From assembly GCA_049199595.1 (NCBI GenBank), contig JBMCYV010000001.1, positions 46,778-110,777 of the forward strand: a DNA stretch of 64,000 nt, written 5' to 3'. The translations under genes and the position numbers were made by a program. The notes under the pieces were generated by a model, which saw only the letters and a list, made by a program, of their open reading frames with translations, did not search any database and was not told the DNA's origin. Origin of the DNA: Candidatus Nitrosomirales archaeon. GTDB lineage: Archaea > Thermoproteota > Nitrososphaeria > Nitrososphaerales > UBA213. Positions 39,325-49,881 of this stretch are shown here, piece after piece; position 1 is the first letter of the stretch, and every line of letters begins with the position of its first letter.

Positions 39325-41862
39325 TTAAACTAATGATTTTTCTCCTTCCATTGGTTCGATGATTTCTGTCTTCTCTCCAGCTAAAACTCTATGGAAAACT
39401 TCTAGAGAAGCATACTTGTGCAAGTATTCGTTGTTGTTACCGCATCTGTATGAGTAAGTACATCGAGGGCACCCACTTTCGCTAACACATGGACACTCGC
39501 TTAGTATGCTCTTACCTCTTGCAAATGCTCTATCGAGTCTGTCGAAAAGAACCTTGCTCGCTCCATTGCCTCCAACGCTCGAGTCATAAACAAAGATCAG
39601 ACCAGATGAACCCAGAGATATGCCTCCTAGATCCTGCGATGCTCCTCCGGTTATCATGCTACTGCCTTCAATAACAACATGTTCAGTCGCATGGTAACTG
39701 CTCATCTCAACATACAACGGATCCTTTGCCGAATTGATTGATTCAATGGCTCTAGGAGCTCTGAACACCAAACCCTTTGTTATGAAATCATACTCAAAAG
39801 GACTATCGAGCATAACCTTCCTGCCCTTTGCCACCTCTGAACCAATCTCGATATTCACATAACCAATGACTCGTTTGTGTATATGCAGAGCGCAATATGT
39901 AGCCGCAACGCCAAAAACATTCTTTGTTTCGTAAACCGCATCTATATGCGGCCAATCGTCTGTTAATGCTTTAGTGTAGTATGGATAATCCTGCGGTATC
40001 TGAGCTATCTCTGCCTTCGGATGCTTATCAAGTTTTAGTTTGGTAACTTTGTACCGCCTGCCGGCAAGAAAGTATACTGCTCCGTCATGCAATTCCTCCA
40101 TAGCTATTGGTAACGATCGTTCTCCGATCTTTCGGTTGTTCAAAATGATATCGACACTCTTGCCGACGCCCCTTATGCTCAATTCATGAAGAAACTTCAC
40201 TGCTTCTTTGTAGTTGGGAACGAATCTACCGTTTGATGATGTTAGAAGATCTTTTTCGACGAGTTTCTTAACTGTTTCCTTATGTTGATCTGCTTCATCA
40301 ATACTCAATGGTCTGTCGCAAGCCATCGCAAGTACCTGATACTCTTCAACAAATGGATTGCTAGGATCAGTATATGCGTGCTCAAAGTCATTCAGGTAAT
40401 CATCAGGATGGTTCTTGTAGTACTGGCTTATCGGATCATTTCCCAAAGTCAGAAATGCGTAGCCTTGCTGTCCCCTCCTTGCAGCCCTTCCCAGCCTCTG
40501 CATCAATCTGTTTATCGGCACTATACTAGAGACGACGCCATCAACTGCACCAATATCGATACCAAGCTCAAGTGTAGGTGTAGATGACAGAGCCATGAGG
40601 TCTCCTTGCTTGAATGAATCTTCGATCATCTTTCTATAATTTGGCATGAGACCTGCCCTGTGGACCTTTATGCTTACTCCCTGCTTCGATGCATAGAAAG
40701 CAAGCAATTCTGCACCTATATGAGAATTAGCGAAAGAAATTACTTTATGAGATTTCGATGTAAGTGTCTTAACGAGTTCGAGCATCAGCGAACGTTGCGT
40801 CCGTAAAGATGGAAATAAGATAGAGAAGTGTACCTTGCCCCTTCTGCCTTTTCCTTCTACTAGATCCATTTCACAGTCAAAAAGTTTCTCGCAAAACTCT
40901 TTCGCATTTGGCAGTGTGGCAGACGCAGCTATTATCTGCAAATTGTTTGAGAAACGTCTTAATCGTTTTATTATATAATGAACGTTGGAGCCGAACACTC
41001 CTGTGTATACATGTGCCTCGTCAACAACAAGATATTTTACATTTCTAACTGATCTGGCGAATTTGGTTCTGTGCATCAGATGATAATGCAACACATCAAA
41101 ATTAGTTACGATAACATCTGGTAACTGTGATAGTATAAGATCGCGTTCCTTTGCTGGAGTGTCACCGTCAAAGACAGCGATTCTTATACCCAGCGACTCA
41201 GCAAGTTGCTTGATCTTCGGTAACTGATCCCTTGCTAGTGCTTTTGTAGGATAGACAAGCATTGCCTTAACATTGGTCTCACCGTAACGCATCGAGCCAA
41301 ACCTTTTTACTTCGTTTGCTATCTTGTGAAGTATTGGAATAGCAAAGGCTTCCGTCTTCCCAGACGCTGTTGGCGCAACTATAGCCAGATTCTTGCCATC
41401 AAGTACCTTTCTGATTGCCTCTTCCTGAAACCTGAATAGTGTAATAATTCCTTTTTCTTTCAGTGTATCTGCAAGTGTTTTATCTATGCCAAGATCGGAA
41501 ACATCGCAACCTGCTTCTGGTGCAGGTTCGTCTATAACCCTGTAATCAACCGCATAATCGCGTCTTGAAGAGAGGGTATTTCTTACGATCTCATCTTTTC
41601 CATTGCCGTGAAGCAGCGACTCTATCTCTTCTCTGGATCTGACAATTCTTTCCTTCTCCAGTAGAGTTTCCAAATTTTCTCTCTGTTCTACCCTGCCATT
41701 ATCGTACTGTTCCAGAAAATTCATGTATGCTCCATCAGGATCAGCACTAAATGGTACTATCGCACTTATCGAACATTTGCTGCATCGAAATATGAAACGC
41801 CCATCATACACCTTCTCCGAAGTTATGCTTGCTTTGCACTTCGGACATCTGTACTTTGACAC
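39325..41862 (-). CDS. DEAH-box helicase with C-terminal DUF1998 (Hrq1/SftH-like) and an N-terminal zinc ribbon
   Basis: APTASGKT, DEAH, QRLGRAAR and CPC..GCPRC motifs. Confidence 0.9.
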   Translation of the reverse strand: MSKYRCPKCKASITSEKVYDGRFIFRCSKCSISAIVPFSADPDGAYMNFLEQYDNGRVEQRENLETLLEKERIVRSREEIESLLHGNGKDEIVRNTLSSRRDYAVDYRVIDEPAPEAGCDVSDLGIDKTLADTLKEKGIITLFRFQEEAIRKVLDGKNLAIVAPTASGKTEAFAIPILHKIANEVKRFGSMRYGETNVKAMLVYPTKALARDQLPKIKQLAESLGIRIAVFDGDTPAKERDLILSQLPDVIVTNFDVLHYHLMHRTKFARSVRNVKYLVVDEAHVYTGVFGSNVHYIIKRLRRFSNNLQIIAASATLPNAKEFCEKLFDCEMDLVEGKGRRGKVHFSILFPSLRTQRSLMLELVKTLTSKSHKVISFANSHIGAELLAFYASKQGVSIKVHRAGLMPNYRKMIEDSFKQGDLMALSSTPTLELGIDIGAVDGVVSSIVPINRLMQRLGRAARRGQQGYAFLTLGNDPISQYYKNHPDDYLNDFEHAYTDPSNPFVEEYQVLAMACDRPLSIDEADQHKETVKKLVEKDLLTSSNGRFVPNYKEAVKFLHELSIRGVGKSVDIILNNRKIGERSLPIAMEELHDGAVYFLAGRRYKVTKLKLDKHPKAEIAQIPQDYPYYTKALTDDWPHIDAVYETKNVFGVAATYCALHIHKRVIGYVNIEIGSEVAKGRKVMLDSPFEYDFITKGLVFRAPRAIESINSAKDPLYVEMSSYHATEHVVIEGSSMITGGASQDLGGISLGSSGLIFVYDSSVGGNGASKVLFDRLDRAFARGKSILSECPCVSESGCPRCTYSYRCGNNNEYLHKYASLEVFHRVLAGEKTEIIEPMEGEKSLV

Positions 41863-41903
41863 AATCTTTGCCCGTCTAGCAATCTTTTAAACCATACACA
41901 ACA

Positions 41904-42614
41904 GTGCTTATAACTAGATCAACCTTGGGTCTTGGAAGTTACTGGAACGAAATAATCGAAGTTCTTAGGGAAATAATTCCAGTTTATGACAAGGTTAACA
42001 GTGCTATTTCATTAGGAAAAGATGCAGAGTATAGAGAACGCGGTATAAGAGGAAGGGTCAAAGAAAACAACTTGGTTTTGGATGCTGGTTCTGGATACGG
42101 CAACATGTCGAAGGTTGCTTTACGACTGTGTAATAATAATCTGAACATAATCATGCTTGATCCGATACCAGAGATGCTTGCGAAGGCAAAGACTGAATTT
42201 AATGGAAAAGTACCTCTCGTATCAGGCATCTTTGAACATTTGCCCTTCAGAGATAATGTATTTGATGCTGTGATGTGCGGTTATTCTTTCAGGGACGCAA
42301 TCAGCATTCGAACTACCATTGCAGAATTTTCCAGAATTCTTAAAGACGGAGGAAGATTGATCATAGTAGATATTGGCAAGCCTGACAACGCATTCAACAG
42401 ATTTGGTGTTTCATTTTACTTGAAATTCATCCTAGGCATGCTTGCGTTTTTCGCAGCGGGCAGGCTGGGTTTAAAGTTCAGGGCCATATACGGAACCTAC
42501 AAAAGATTACCGAAAAATGCTGAACTCGATAAGATGCTGAAGGAGAAATTCAAGAGAGTGGAGTTTGAGACAGAGATGAGTGGTGGAGCTGTACTCATTG
42601 CCGCTTACAAGTAG
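41904..42614 (+). CDS. UbiE/MenG-family SAM methyltransferase
   Basis: YDKVN..ISLG, VLDAGSG and LPFRDNVFD motifs. Confidence 0.85.
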   Translation: MLITRSTLGLGSYWNEIIEVLREIIPVYDKVNSAISLGKDAEYRERGIRGRVKENNLVLDAGSGYGNMSKVALRLCNNNLNIIMLDPIPEMLAKAKTEFNGKVPLVSGIFEHLPFRDNVFDAVMCGYSFRDAISIRTTIAEFSRILKDGGRLIIVDIGKPDNAFNRFGVSFYLKFILGMLAFFAAGRLGLKFRAIYGTYKRLPKNAELDKMLKEKFKRVEFETEMSGGAVLIAAYK

Positions 42615-42623
42615 TGCTTACAC

Positions 42624-43763
42624 ATGAACAAAGTTCTAGTTCTTGTCTATACAGTAGCGTGTACAATTGGCGTAGCATACGGTGCCCACGCTCCACTGGT
42701 TCCAGTCTTTGCAAAGGAAGATCTGAGTGCAACATACTTCGACATTGGTATCATTGGAATGGCAAATTATGTGCCTTACATGTTTGCTCCTGCGTTCGTT
42801 GGCTTGCTACTTGACAGATTTAACAAAGGTGTGATCTTGAGTATCGGGATCGCGATGGGAATGGTTTCTGTATTCCTGCTCGCATTTGCTAATAATGTTT
42901 TTGATGCAATGCTTGTGAGGGCGTTGACCGGGATTGCGCATGCATTCCTCTGGCCTTCTGCTGAATCCATAGTTGCCGCAACTGCACCTCCAGAAAAAAG
43001 AGTGCAGGTCATATCCAAGTTCACTATGGCTTGGGTTGCTGGCTATATGGCAGGACCACTTATAGGTGCTTTACTGTTTGAAGCTGTTGGTTTCAGATTA
43101 CTGTTTGAGTATTCTTCTGCTATAATTATAGTTGCATTAATTGCTGCACTAATGCTGATAAGACATGGTGGTGCAATACGTCATGAAAAATATTCGATTG
43201 CTGATGTGTTTACCATCATAAAGATCAACCCGAAGATAAGCGTGCTCATCATGTACTACAGTGCTGCATTTGGAATAGTGTTAACAATATTTCCTGCCTA
43301 TCTTAAGGATAATACGATCAATGAATTTTTCATAGGAGTGCTCTTCTTCATCTTCGGCCTGTCAAGGTTGTTGACTTTGCCATTCGCTCATAGGTTTGGA
43401 TTGCATGAAAGGAGCAGCATATTCGTTGCAACGCAGGCAATCGCGTTTGCCATGCTGATTGCGTATTTGTTCACGACCTTAAGTTCCTTTTCTCTTTCGC
43501 TCATATTGTTTGGCTTTGCTTTCAGCCTGTACTTTCCTATCACATTGAGTTTGATAACGAAGCAGGTGTCAGGAAAGATGATTGGCATTTCTGTAGGAGC
43601 TTATGAAACGATCTTCGGTATAGGATGGGCTATAGGTCCAACAATATCTGGCATCGCTGCAGATGTCTTTGGAAGCAACACACCATACATATCGATGTTC
43701 ATAATTGGCGCAATACTACCAGTAATAATTCTATTAAAACAAAAGACCAGAAAAGAACTGTGA
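42624..43763 (+). CDS. MFS transporter
   Basis: About 12 TM segments and GLLLDRFNK motif A. Confidence 0.9.
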   Translation: MNKVLVLVYTVACTIGVAYGAHAPLVPVFAKEDLSATYFDIGIIGMANYVPYMFAPAFVGLLLDRFNKGVILSIGIAMGMVSVFLLAFANNVFDAMLVRALTGIAHAFLWPSAESIVAATAPPEKRVQVISKFTMAWVAGYMAGPLIGALLFEAVGFRLLFEYSSAIIIVALIAALMLIRHGGAIRHEKYSIADVFTIIKINPKISVLIMYYSAAFGIVLTIFPAYLKDNTINEFFIGVLFFIFGLSRLLTLPFAHRFGLHERSSIFVATQAIAFAMLIAYLFTTLSSFSLSLILFGFAFSLYFPITLSLITKQVSGKMIGISVGAYETIFGIGWAIGPTISGIAADVFGSNTPYISMFIIGAILPVIILLKQKTRKEL

Positions 43764-43803
43764 TTGAGAAAGTTTAAGTTTAGCGTTCGCGAATGCCAGA
43801 TCA

Positions 43804-44280
43804 GTGATAACTGACTTTTCGCTTAACATAGGAGGCAGCGAATGGGTAGTGATCATCCTTCTTGGATTGTTCCTGCTCTTCGGTGCTAAGAGATTGCCTC
43901 AGGTTAGCAAATCATTGGGAAGAGTCATCGGGGAATACAACAGGGCCAAGAACACAATACAGGACGAGATAACAAATGCAACTAAACCCTTTACCACACA
44001 GTCAAAATTCGATACTACAACTCCAAGGCTGCCGACCAGACAAGAAACTAGAAGTGTGGGAGAAACAAAAACGGAAACGAAGACAGAAGCTACTACAGAT
44101 ACTACGGTCAAAGCAGAGACTAGTACTACGCCAAGTACGACAACAGACACGACAATCACTAGTCCTGTAGTAAGTGAAAGAGAAAAACTTGAAGTCATTG
44201 CCAGAACGTTGGACATCGAGCCTCGTGGCAAGAGCACGGATGAGCTAAAACAGTTGATAGCAAGCAAGATGAACCAGTAA
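43804..44280 (+). CDS. tatA: TatA/TatB family subunit with a Thr-rich insert
   Basis: GGSEW..LLFGAKRLPQVSKSLG. Confidence 0.8.
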   Translation: MITDFSLNIGGSEWVVIILLGLFLLFGAKRLPQVSKSLGRVIGEYNRAKNTIQDEITNATKPFTTQSKFDTTTPRLPTRQETRSVGETKTETKTEATTDTTVKAETSTTPSTTTDTTITSPVVSEREKLEVIARTLDIEPRGKSTDELKQLIASKMNQ

Positions 44281-44334
44281 CAACCATTACACGCCTCGAA
44301 AGCAAAGGTTTTAAATGAGTTTTAATTTGTTGAT

Positions 44335-45588
44335 ATGGAAATGTCAACAATAAATCCATATGATAATGCGTTAAAGCAGTTAGACGATGCGGCCAAATTA
44401 TTGAGGCTTGACCAAGGGATGCATGACTTTCTTCGAACTCCTAAACGCATTCTGACTGTATCAGTTCCAGTTAAGATGGATAGCGGGAGGGTCAAGGTCT
44501 TTGTCGGTCACAGGGTGCAGCACAATGATGCCAGAGGACCTTTCAAGGGAGGCATAAGATATCATCCTGCTGTTACACTTGATGAAGTGAAAGCATTAGC
44601 TACATGGATGACATGGAAGTGTGCCATAATGAACATTCCTTATGGTGGAGGCAAGGGAGGAATTGCTTGCGATCCGCACCGTATGTCGGAAGGTGAACTT
44701 GAGAGAATGACTAGAAGATATGCATATGCTATTTCTGATATTATTGGTCCATACGTTGACGTACCTGCTCCAGATGTTTACACTGGAGGAAAGGAAATGG
44801 CATGGATAATGGATACTTACAGTGCGTTGAAAGGATCTGTTACTCCAGGAGTTATCACTGGTAAACCAATTCCAATTGGAGGTTCAGAGGGTCGAGCTGA
44901 AGCAACTGGTAAGGGAACAGCGTTCTGCATTAGAGAGGGCGCGAAGAAGGTTGGCGTGAAAGTGAAGGGTTCAGATGCTGTTGTACAAGGTTTCGGAAAT
45001 GCTGGTACATATGCGGCGCAGTTTCTTGATGAGATGGATGCTAGTGTCATTGCGGTTAGCGATTCCAAAGGTGGTATCTATAACAAGAACGGATTCGATG
45101 TTAAGAAACTCATAGAGTACAAAGCAAAGTACAAGAAAGTGGGAGGATTTCCAGGAGGTAAGCAGATAACAAATGAACAACTGCTTGAGCTTGACTGTGA
45201 TATTTTAGTGCCTGCAGCGTATGAAAACCAGATAACGAAGAAGAATGCTCCAAATGTAAAAGCGAAATTAATTGCGGAAGCTGCAAACGGACCTACTACT
45301 CCGGAGGCCGATGAAATTCTGTACAAGAAGAATAAGTTGGTTATTCCAGACATTCTTGCAAATGCAGGAGGTGTTACGGTCAGTTACTATGAATGGGTTC
45401 AGAACCTGTCGAGATATTACTGGGAACACGATGAAGTGATCAACAGACTCGAAAAGAATATGGTAAAGTCTTTCAACGATGTCTACCAAAAGGCGAAAGA
45501 GTACAAGGTTGACATGCGAAAGGGAAGCATGGTGCTTGCAGTCGGCAGAGTTGTTGAGGCAACTAAGACCAGAGGCATCTGGCCGTAA
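44335..45588 (+). CDS. gdhA: Glutamate dehydrogenase
   Basis: GPFKGGIR, GGGKGG, VPAPD, QGFGNAG and EAANGP motifs. Confidence 0.95.
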   Translation: MEMSTINPYDNALKQLDDAAKLLRLDQGMHDFLRTPKRILTVSVPVKMDSGRVKVFVGHRVQHNDARGPFKGGIRYHPAVTLDEVKALATWMTWKCAIMNIPYGGGKGGIACDPHRMSEGELERMTRRYAYAISDIIGPYVDVPAPDVYTGGKEMAWIMDTYSALKGSVTPGVITGKPIPIGGSEGRAEATGKGTAFCIREGAKKVGVKVKGSDAVVQGFGNAGTYAAQFLDEMDASVIAVSDSKGGIYNKNGFDVKKLIEYKAKYKKVGGFPGGKQITNEQLLELDCDILVPAAYENQITKKNAPNVKAKLIAEAANGPTTPEADEILYKKNKLVIPDILANAGGVTVSYYEWVQNLSRYYWEHDEVINRLEKNMVKSFNDVYQKAKEYKVDMRKGSMVLAVGRVVEATKTRGIWP

Positions 45589-45600
45589 GATATTTTGTTT

Positions 45601-46028
45601 CTATTTTGATACCTTCATCTTGCAGAATTCGTAAAGGGCATCATAGACGTAAAATTGCTTGTACATGTTGTCGAAATCATCCTTTGTTATTGCTCTAAAA
45701 CCTTCAGCAACAGCTACAAGCCCAGCCGATTCTGGCGTTAAAGTTCTGTTTTGAGTATCAGCGCCTCTAACAATCTTCGCAAGTTCTAAAAGAGCATTAT
45801 CCTGCAATTTGTATTTCTCTATAATAGCATCAAAACTGCACTTCTCACCATGATGACCAAGTTCTACATTTGGAACGTGAAGCGAATGGCATTTTGTTCC
45901 TTTGCTACCTCCATGACCTTATCGGCAGGAACGAAAAGGAATTCTGCTTGAGGGTCAACGAACTTCTTTATGAGCCAAGGACATGCTATTCTGTCTACCT
46001 TGGCTTTTTCCCTAGTTACCCATTTCAT
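45601..46028 (-). pseudogene. ChrB-type chromate-resistance domain protein, frameshifted
   Basis: MKWVTRE..DRIACPWLIKKFVD in one frame and ELGHHGEKCSFDAII..LAKIVRGAD in another, with a 1-nt loss near 45879. Confidence 0.85.
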
Positions 46029-46089
46029 TCGTAGTTGTAATTTAAAATCGTCAATATAAATAATCAAGAATATACATTGAATCATGCAT

Positions 46090-46602
46090 TTAGGCACAAG
46101 AGAACTGTGTTGCTTGTGGTGAAACTACTAATGCCACAAATTCGTCATAACTAAAATTCCTCTCTGCAGAAACTGGAATGAAGCCAAATGCCTTCGCCTG
46201 CACGGTTACTTTCAAGTTTATATCCTCGTGACTGAATCCCGTAAATATATTGTAAGCCTGCCACCAATTCTCCACCGTATCAGCGTTCATGTGTATTCTT
46301 CCATGAAGTATGACAGATTGCTTGGGCATGATAGTATCTCCTTGGACTATCATACTTGCAAACTCCTTAGACTTGTAGTCAAGCTCAAATCGCATTTTAT
46401 CAAAACCTGTGGGAAGTGATGTTGGATTGCATGCGTCTATTTCTACGCCTAAAGTAAGTGTATCTTTATCAAAATCACCCACACTTCTAGGGCTAAATTG
46501 CACTTCTTGTAAGCTAGTAAGGGAGTAATGTTGTATGATAACTGCGAGCACTACAACAACTGCGATAGCGCTAACAATACCAATACGAACTGATCTGCGC
46601 AA
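46090..46602 (-). CDS. LEA-2/WHy-like membrane-anchored protein
   Basis: N-terminal TM helix and NPTSLP motif. Confidence 0.6.
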   Translation of the reverse strand: MRRSVRIGIVSAIAVVVVLAVIIQHYSLTSLQEVQFSPRSVGDFDKDTLTLGVEIDACNPTSLPTGFDKMRFELDYKSKEFASMIVQGDTIMPKQSVILHGRIHMNADTVENWWQAYNIFTGFSHEDINLKVTVQAKAFGFIPVSAERNFSYDEFVALVVSPQATQFSCA

Positions 46603-46677
46603 TACAATCTCGCCCCTATTTATGAACTATATATACCAATGTTTCTGATATTTTTTAATCAAATCTCCTAGCAAGGA

Positions 46678-48411
46678 TCAAGGACTACCAGATTTGTCAG
46701 CACTGTTTAAAGCGAATTTCTGGATCCGGTTATTAGTAGTGTCAGCAACGTAGATGTTTCCAGTCTTGTCTAAAGCTACGCCATTTGGACCATGAAATTG
46801 ACCGTAGCTGTGACCACGAGCACCGAACTTGAATAGGAAGTTGCCAGTAGGATCAAAAATTTGAATGCGATGATTGTTCGTGTCGGCAACATAGATGTTA
46901 CCAGAGGCATCTAAAGCCAGAGCACTAGCACCATAAAGCTGACCTTCACGTGACCCAAACCTACCGAACGTGAATAGGAAGTTGCCTGTTGGATCGAATT
47001 TCTGAATCCGCTCATGTTCTCTATCAACAACACAGATGTTTTCTGAAGGATCCAGTACAAGGTTTGCTGGGGAGATAAACTGACCGTCCTTAGGACCCAG
47101 ACTTCCAAATTTGAGAAGGAATTTGCCAGTAGGATCCAGCTTCTGGACGCGGTGATTACCCAGATCAGCAATGTAGATGTTGCCTGCAGCATCTAGCGCT
47201 ATTCCGTTCGCGAAACTAAACTGACCATCCCCAGAGCCATGACTTCCAAACTTGAGTAGAAATTTGCCTGTTGGATCGAACTTCTGGATACAATCCAGTT
47301 CCCTATCAATCACATAGATGTTTCCTGAAGTATCAAGGGCCATGTTAACTGGAGAAAGGAACTGGCCGTCCTTATGACCACGCGTACCAAATTTGAGTAG
47401 TGGTTTGCCTGTTGGATCGAACTTCTGGATGCGATTATTGTTAGCATCTACAACGAAAATGTTACCAACTTCGTCCACTAGTACACCGGTAGGACCCCTG
47501 AACCGCCCGTCATCAGAACCGAAGGTACCAAACTTTGCCACCAGTTTGCCAGCCGGATCGAATTTCTGAATACGACCATTTTTTACATCAGCAATGTAAA
47601 AGGAACCAGAACTATCAATTGCTATACCAGACGCCTCAACAAACTGCCCATCGCCATAACCATGTGTGCCGAACTTGAGCTGGAAGACTCCGGTTGAATT
47701 GAATTTTTGTATACGCTGATTGTGTGTATCGGCAACATAGATGCTACCCATACCATCTACAACTAGACCACTTGCTCCGTTAAACTGACCATCTCCCTCT
47801 CCTTTAGTACCAAATTTGAGAAGAAAATTTCCAGCCGCATTGAATATCTGGATACGACTATTGTTTGTATCAGCGACGTAAATGCTACCGCTGCTGTCAA
47901 CTGCTACCCCTAAAGGTGATGTGAACTGTCCGTCGGCAGTGCCGATCTGACCAAATTTGAGCAGTAGTTTACCAGCTGGATCAAATTTCTGGATGCGATT
48001 ATTGGTAGTATCTGCAACGTAGATGTTTCCCGCATTGTCTACAGCTATACCATCTGGGCGAGCAAACTGCACGTCACCATGGCCAGGCGTTCCAAATTTC
48101 AGTAAAAAGTCTCCTGTTGGATCGAATTTCTGGATGCAGTTGTTGTTTGTGTCAACGACATAGACATTGTCATTACTGTCTACCGCTACACCTGCTGGAG
48201 TATTGAACTGTGCTTCACCATTGCCAAAGGCATTTATACGCCAGATCTCGCTTCCCGTAGGGGTCAATTTAACGAGCTGATGAGGGGTCGTTTGCGTTGC
48301 ATAGATGTTTCCGGAACGATCCACAGCGACATGTCCAACCGCTGTCAAGACAGGCTGTCCCGACGGAATACTAAACAAGAATCTAGGCTGCAAAGATTGA
48401 GGATTCTGCAC
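46678..48411 (-). CDS. NHL-repeat beta-propeller protein (~12 repeats)
   Basis: Repeated GQF..P.G.AVD..GNIYVADT.NNRIQKFD. Confidence 0.95.
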   Translation of the reverse strand: MQNPQSLQPRFLFSIPSGQPVLTAVGHVAVDRSGNIYATQTTPHQLVKLTPTGSEIWRINAFGNGEAQFNTPAGVAVDSNDNVYVVDTNNNCIQKFDPTGDFLLKFGTPGHGDVQFARPDGIAVDNAGNIYVADTTNNRIQKFDPAGKLLLKFGQIGTADGQFTSPLGVAVDSSGSIYVADTNNSRIQIFNAAGNFLLKFGTKGEGDGQFNGASGLVVDGMGSIYVADTHNQRIQKFNSTGVFQLKFGTHGYGDGQFVEASGIAIDSSGSFYIADVKNGRIQKFDPAGKLVAKFGTFGSDDGRFRGPTGVLVDEVGNIFVVDANNNRIQKFDPTGKPLLKFGTRGHKDGQFLSPVNMALDTSGNIYVIDRELDCIQKFDPTGKFLLKFGSHGSGDGQFSFANGIALDAAGNIYIADLGNHRVQKLDPTGKFLLKFGSLGPKDGQFISPANLVLDPSENICVVDREHERIQKFDPTGNFLFTFGRFGSREGQLYGASALALDASGNIYVADTNNHRIQIFDPTGNFLFKFGARGHSYGQFHGPNGVALDKTGNIYVADTTNNRIQKFALNSADKSGSP

Positions 48412-48517
48412 AACGATCCATTATTACATTGATTAAATTAACGTTTGGTAAAAGTTTTATATTTATGCAATCGTGTTACGGTCTTGGCTGAAAAACTGCG
48501 ACATTAAATGCCTTATC

Positions 48518-49279
48518 CTAATCACCCACAGAAAGCATTTTGGATCTAATAAAATTATAGAAATCTGGATTTGTCGTGAACTCTCTACCCAACCTTGCTT
48601 GCTCGACTCCCTTGAAGTCAAAAACAAAAAATTTTCCTGAGTCGATTTGCAATTTAGCTATCCAATATGGAGCATAAAATCTAACACAATTGCGAATGGT
48701 TTTGAACTCCTTAATACGATTGAGATTGCCTTGAAAACTGGCCTCAAACCTACTTACATCAGAATTCTTGAAACCCGCAACCTTGTGAGGTTCTTGATGA
48801 GCCCTCTGGTATTGCCAGAAATGCAATAATTTATTAAAATAATCTTCAATCGCACTGGCATCGTCGCATCCAATGTACAGGAATTTCCCCTTATCCAGCT
48901 CAACAATCCGATTGTTAGCAACATACTCTACAAGCTCACGTTTCGGCCCTCTCTGAAGATACTCGAAACTCGTTGCTTCGTCCAAGAATTGTGCATCAGA
49001 GCCATCTATCTCTTGTGGTGGTTTACCCTGTATTTGGAGTTGGAGAAGATCAATCACAATCTTGTGAGTGCTGGATACTAGTTCTAATTTCGTACTCGCC
49101 CCCAATTTTTCCTCTACAATTTCGTACTCGGCGAATACATGTGGTGAATATACGAGCTCCAGCTCGATATTCTCCAGTTTCTTACCTTGAGCACCTTCTC
49201 CTTCGCTCATCTTAGTCTCTATTAACTTCGTTACACTAGTCCCATCAACCTCAGACTGCACACCCTGTAGTATTGGCAA
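48518..49279 (-). CDS. Hypothetical protein
   Basis: 253-aa ORF, co-oriented with its neighbours. Confidence 0.6.
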   Translation of the reverse strand: MPILQGVQSEVDGTSVTKLIETKMSEGEGAQGKKLENIELELVYSPHVFAEYEIVEEKLGASTKLELVSSTHKIVIDLLQLQIQGKPPQEIDGSDAQFLDEATSFEYLQRGPKRELVEYVANNRIVELDKGKFLYIGCDDASAIEDYFNKLLHFWQYQRAHQEPHKVAGFKNSDVSRFEASFQGNLNRIKEFKTIRNCVRFYAPYWIAKLQIDSGKFFVFDFKGVEQARLGREFTTNPDFYNFIRSKMLSVGD

Positions 49280-49325
49280 CCTCTGTTGATTCTGCTAACA
49301 ATGATTATGTAAAAGTTTCTACAAA

Positions 49326-49787
49326 TCAACTTGGTAACTTGAGCTTTCGCCACCAAGCTGGAACATGGATCCTTTTCTGGACATCAATATGATCGTAGGG
49401 CTTTATGTCCAAGACAGGTGTGCCGTCTATAGCATCCAGTGCTTGTACCTTTAATGAATTTCCTCTTCTCTTCAGCAGTTTGACTACAGCCAAACCAATT
49501 TTGTTTGGATGACTCCTGCTTCTAGTTGCAAATACCCCTACCTTTTCTATATCAGTCCTTCCTCTAGGATGAATCTTGAGAACCTTGGTTTCACTCAAAG
49601 GTACTTTATGTAAAAAGAATATGACGAAGAGATGTGAATAAGACTCGATACCGTCCAACGCCTTTGCATATCGCTTGTCTATTACTACTTCAGAAACGAT
49701 GCGGCTTCTCTTTCTTTTGATCTCCTGCTCGGTAAAATTGCATTTTACTCTGCCGATGGGGCGCAACCGAATAGTACCAGAGATCAA
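49326..49787 (-). CDS. trmO: tRNA m6t6A37 methyltransferase TrmO (TsaA) family
   Basis: GVFATRS..HPN.IG and DAIDGTPVLDIKPY motifs. Confidence 0.9.
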   Translation of the reverse strand: MISGTIRLRPIGRVKCNFTEQEIKRKRSRIVSEVVIDKRYAKALDGIESYSHLFVIFFLHKVPLSETKVLKIHPRGRTDIEKVGVFATRSRSHPNKIGLAVVKLLKRRGNSLKVQALDAIDGTPVLDIKPYDHIDVQKRIHVPAWWRKLKLPS

Positions 49788-49881
49788 ATCCTCACCTGAG
49801 TGAGAATTATCAAATTCATAAAGGTTGTTGTGGAGTTATATGCAAGTAGGAATTTATTGCAGTTTATCGTGTTCGGAGTTT

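Noticed and set aside
43990-44170. Thr-rich segment of TatA as an insertion element
   Set aside because: It is an in-frame low-complexity linker with no terminal repeats.
46678-48411. Regularly spaced DNA repeats resembling a CRISPR array
   Set aside because: The period is ~141 nt, the repeats are degenerate and in frame, and they encode NHL protein repeats. No cas genes are present.
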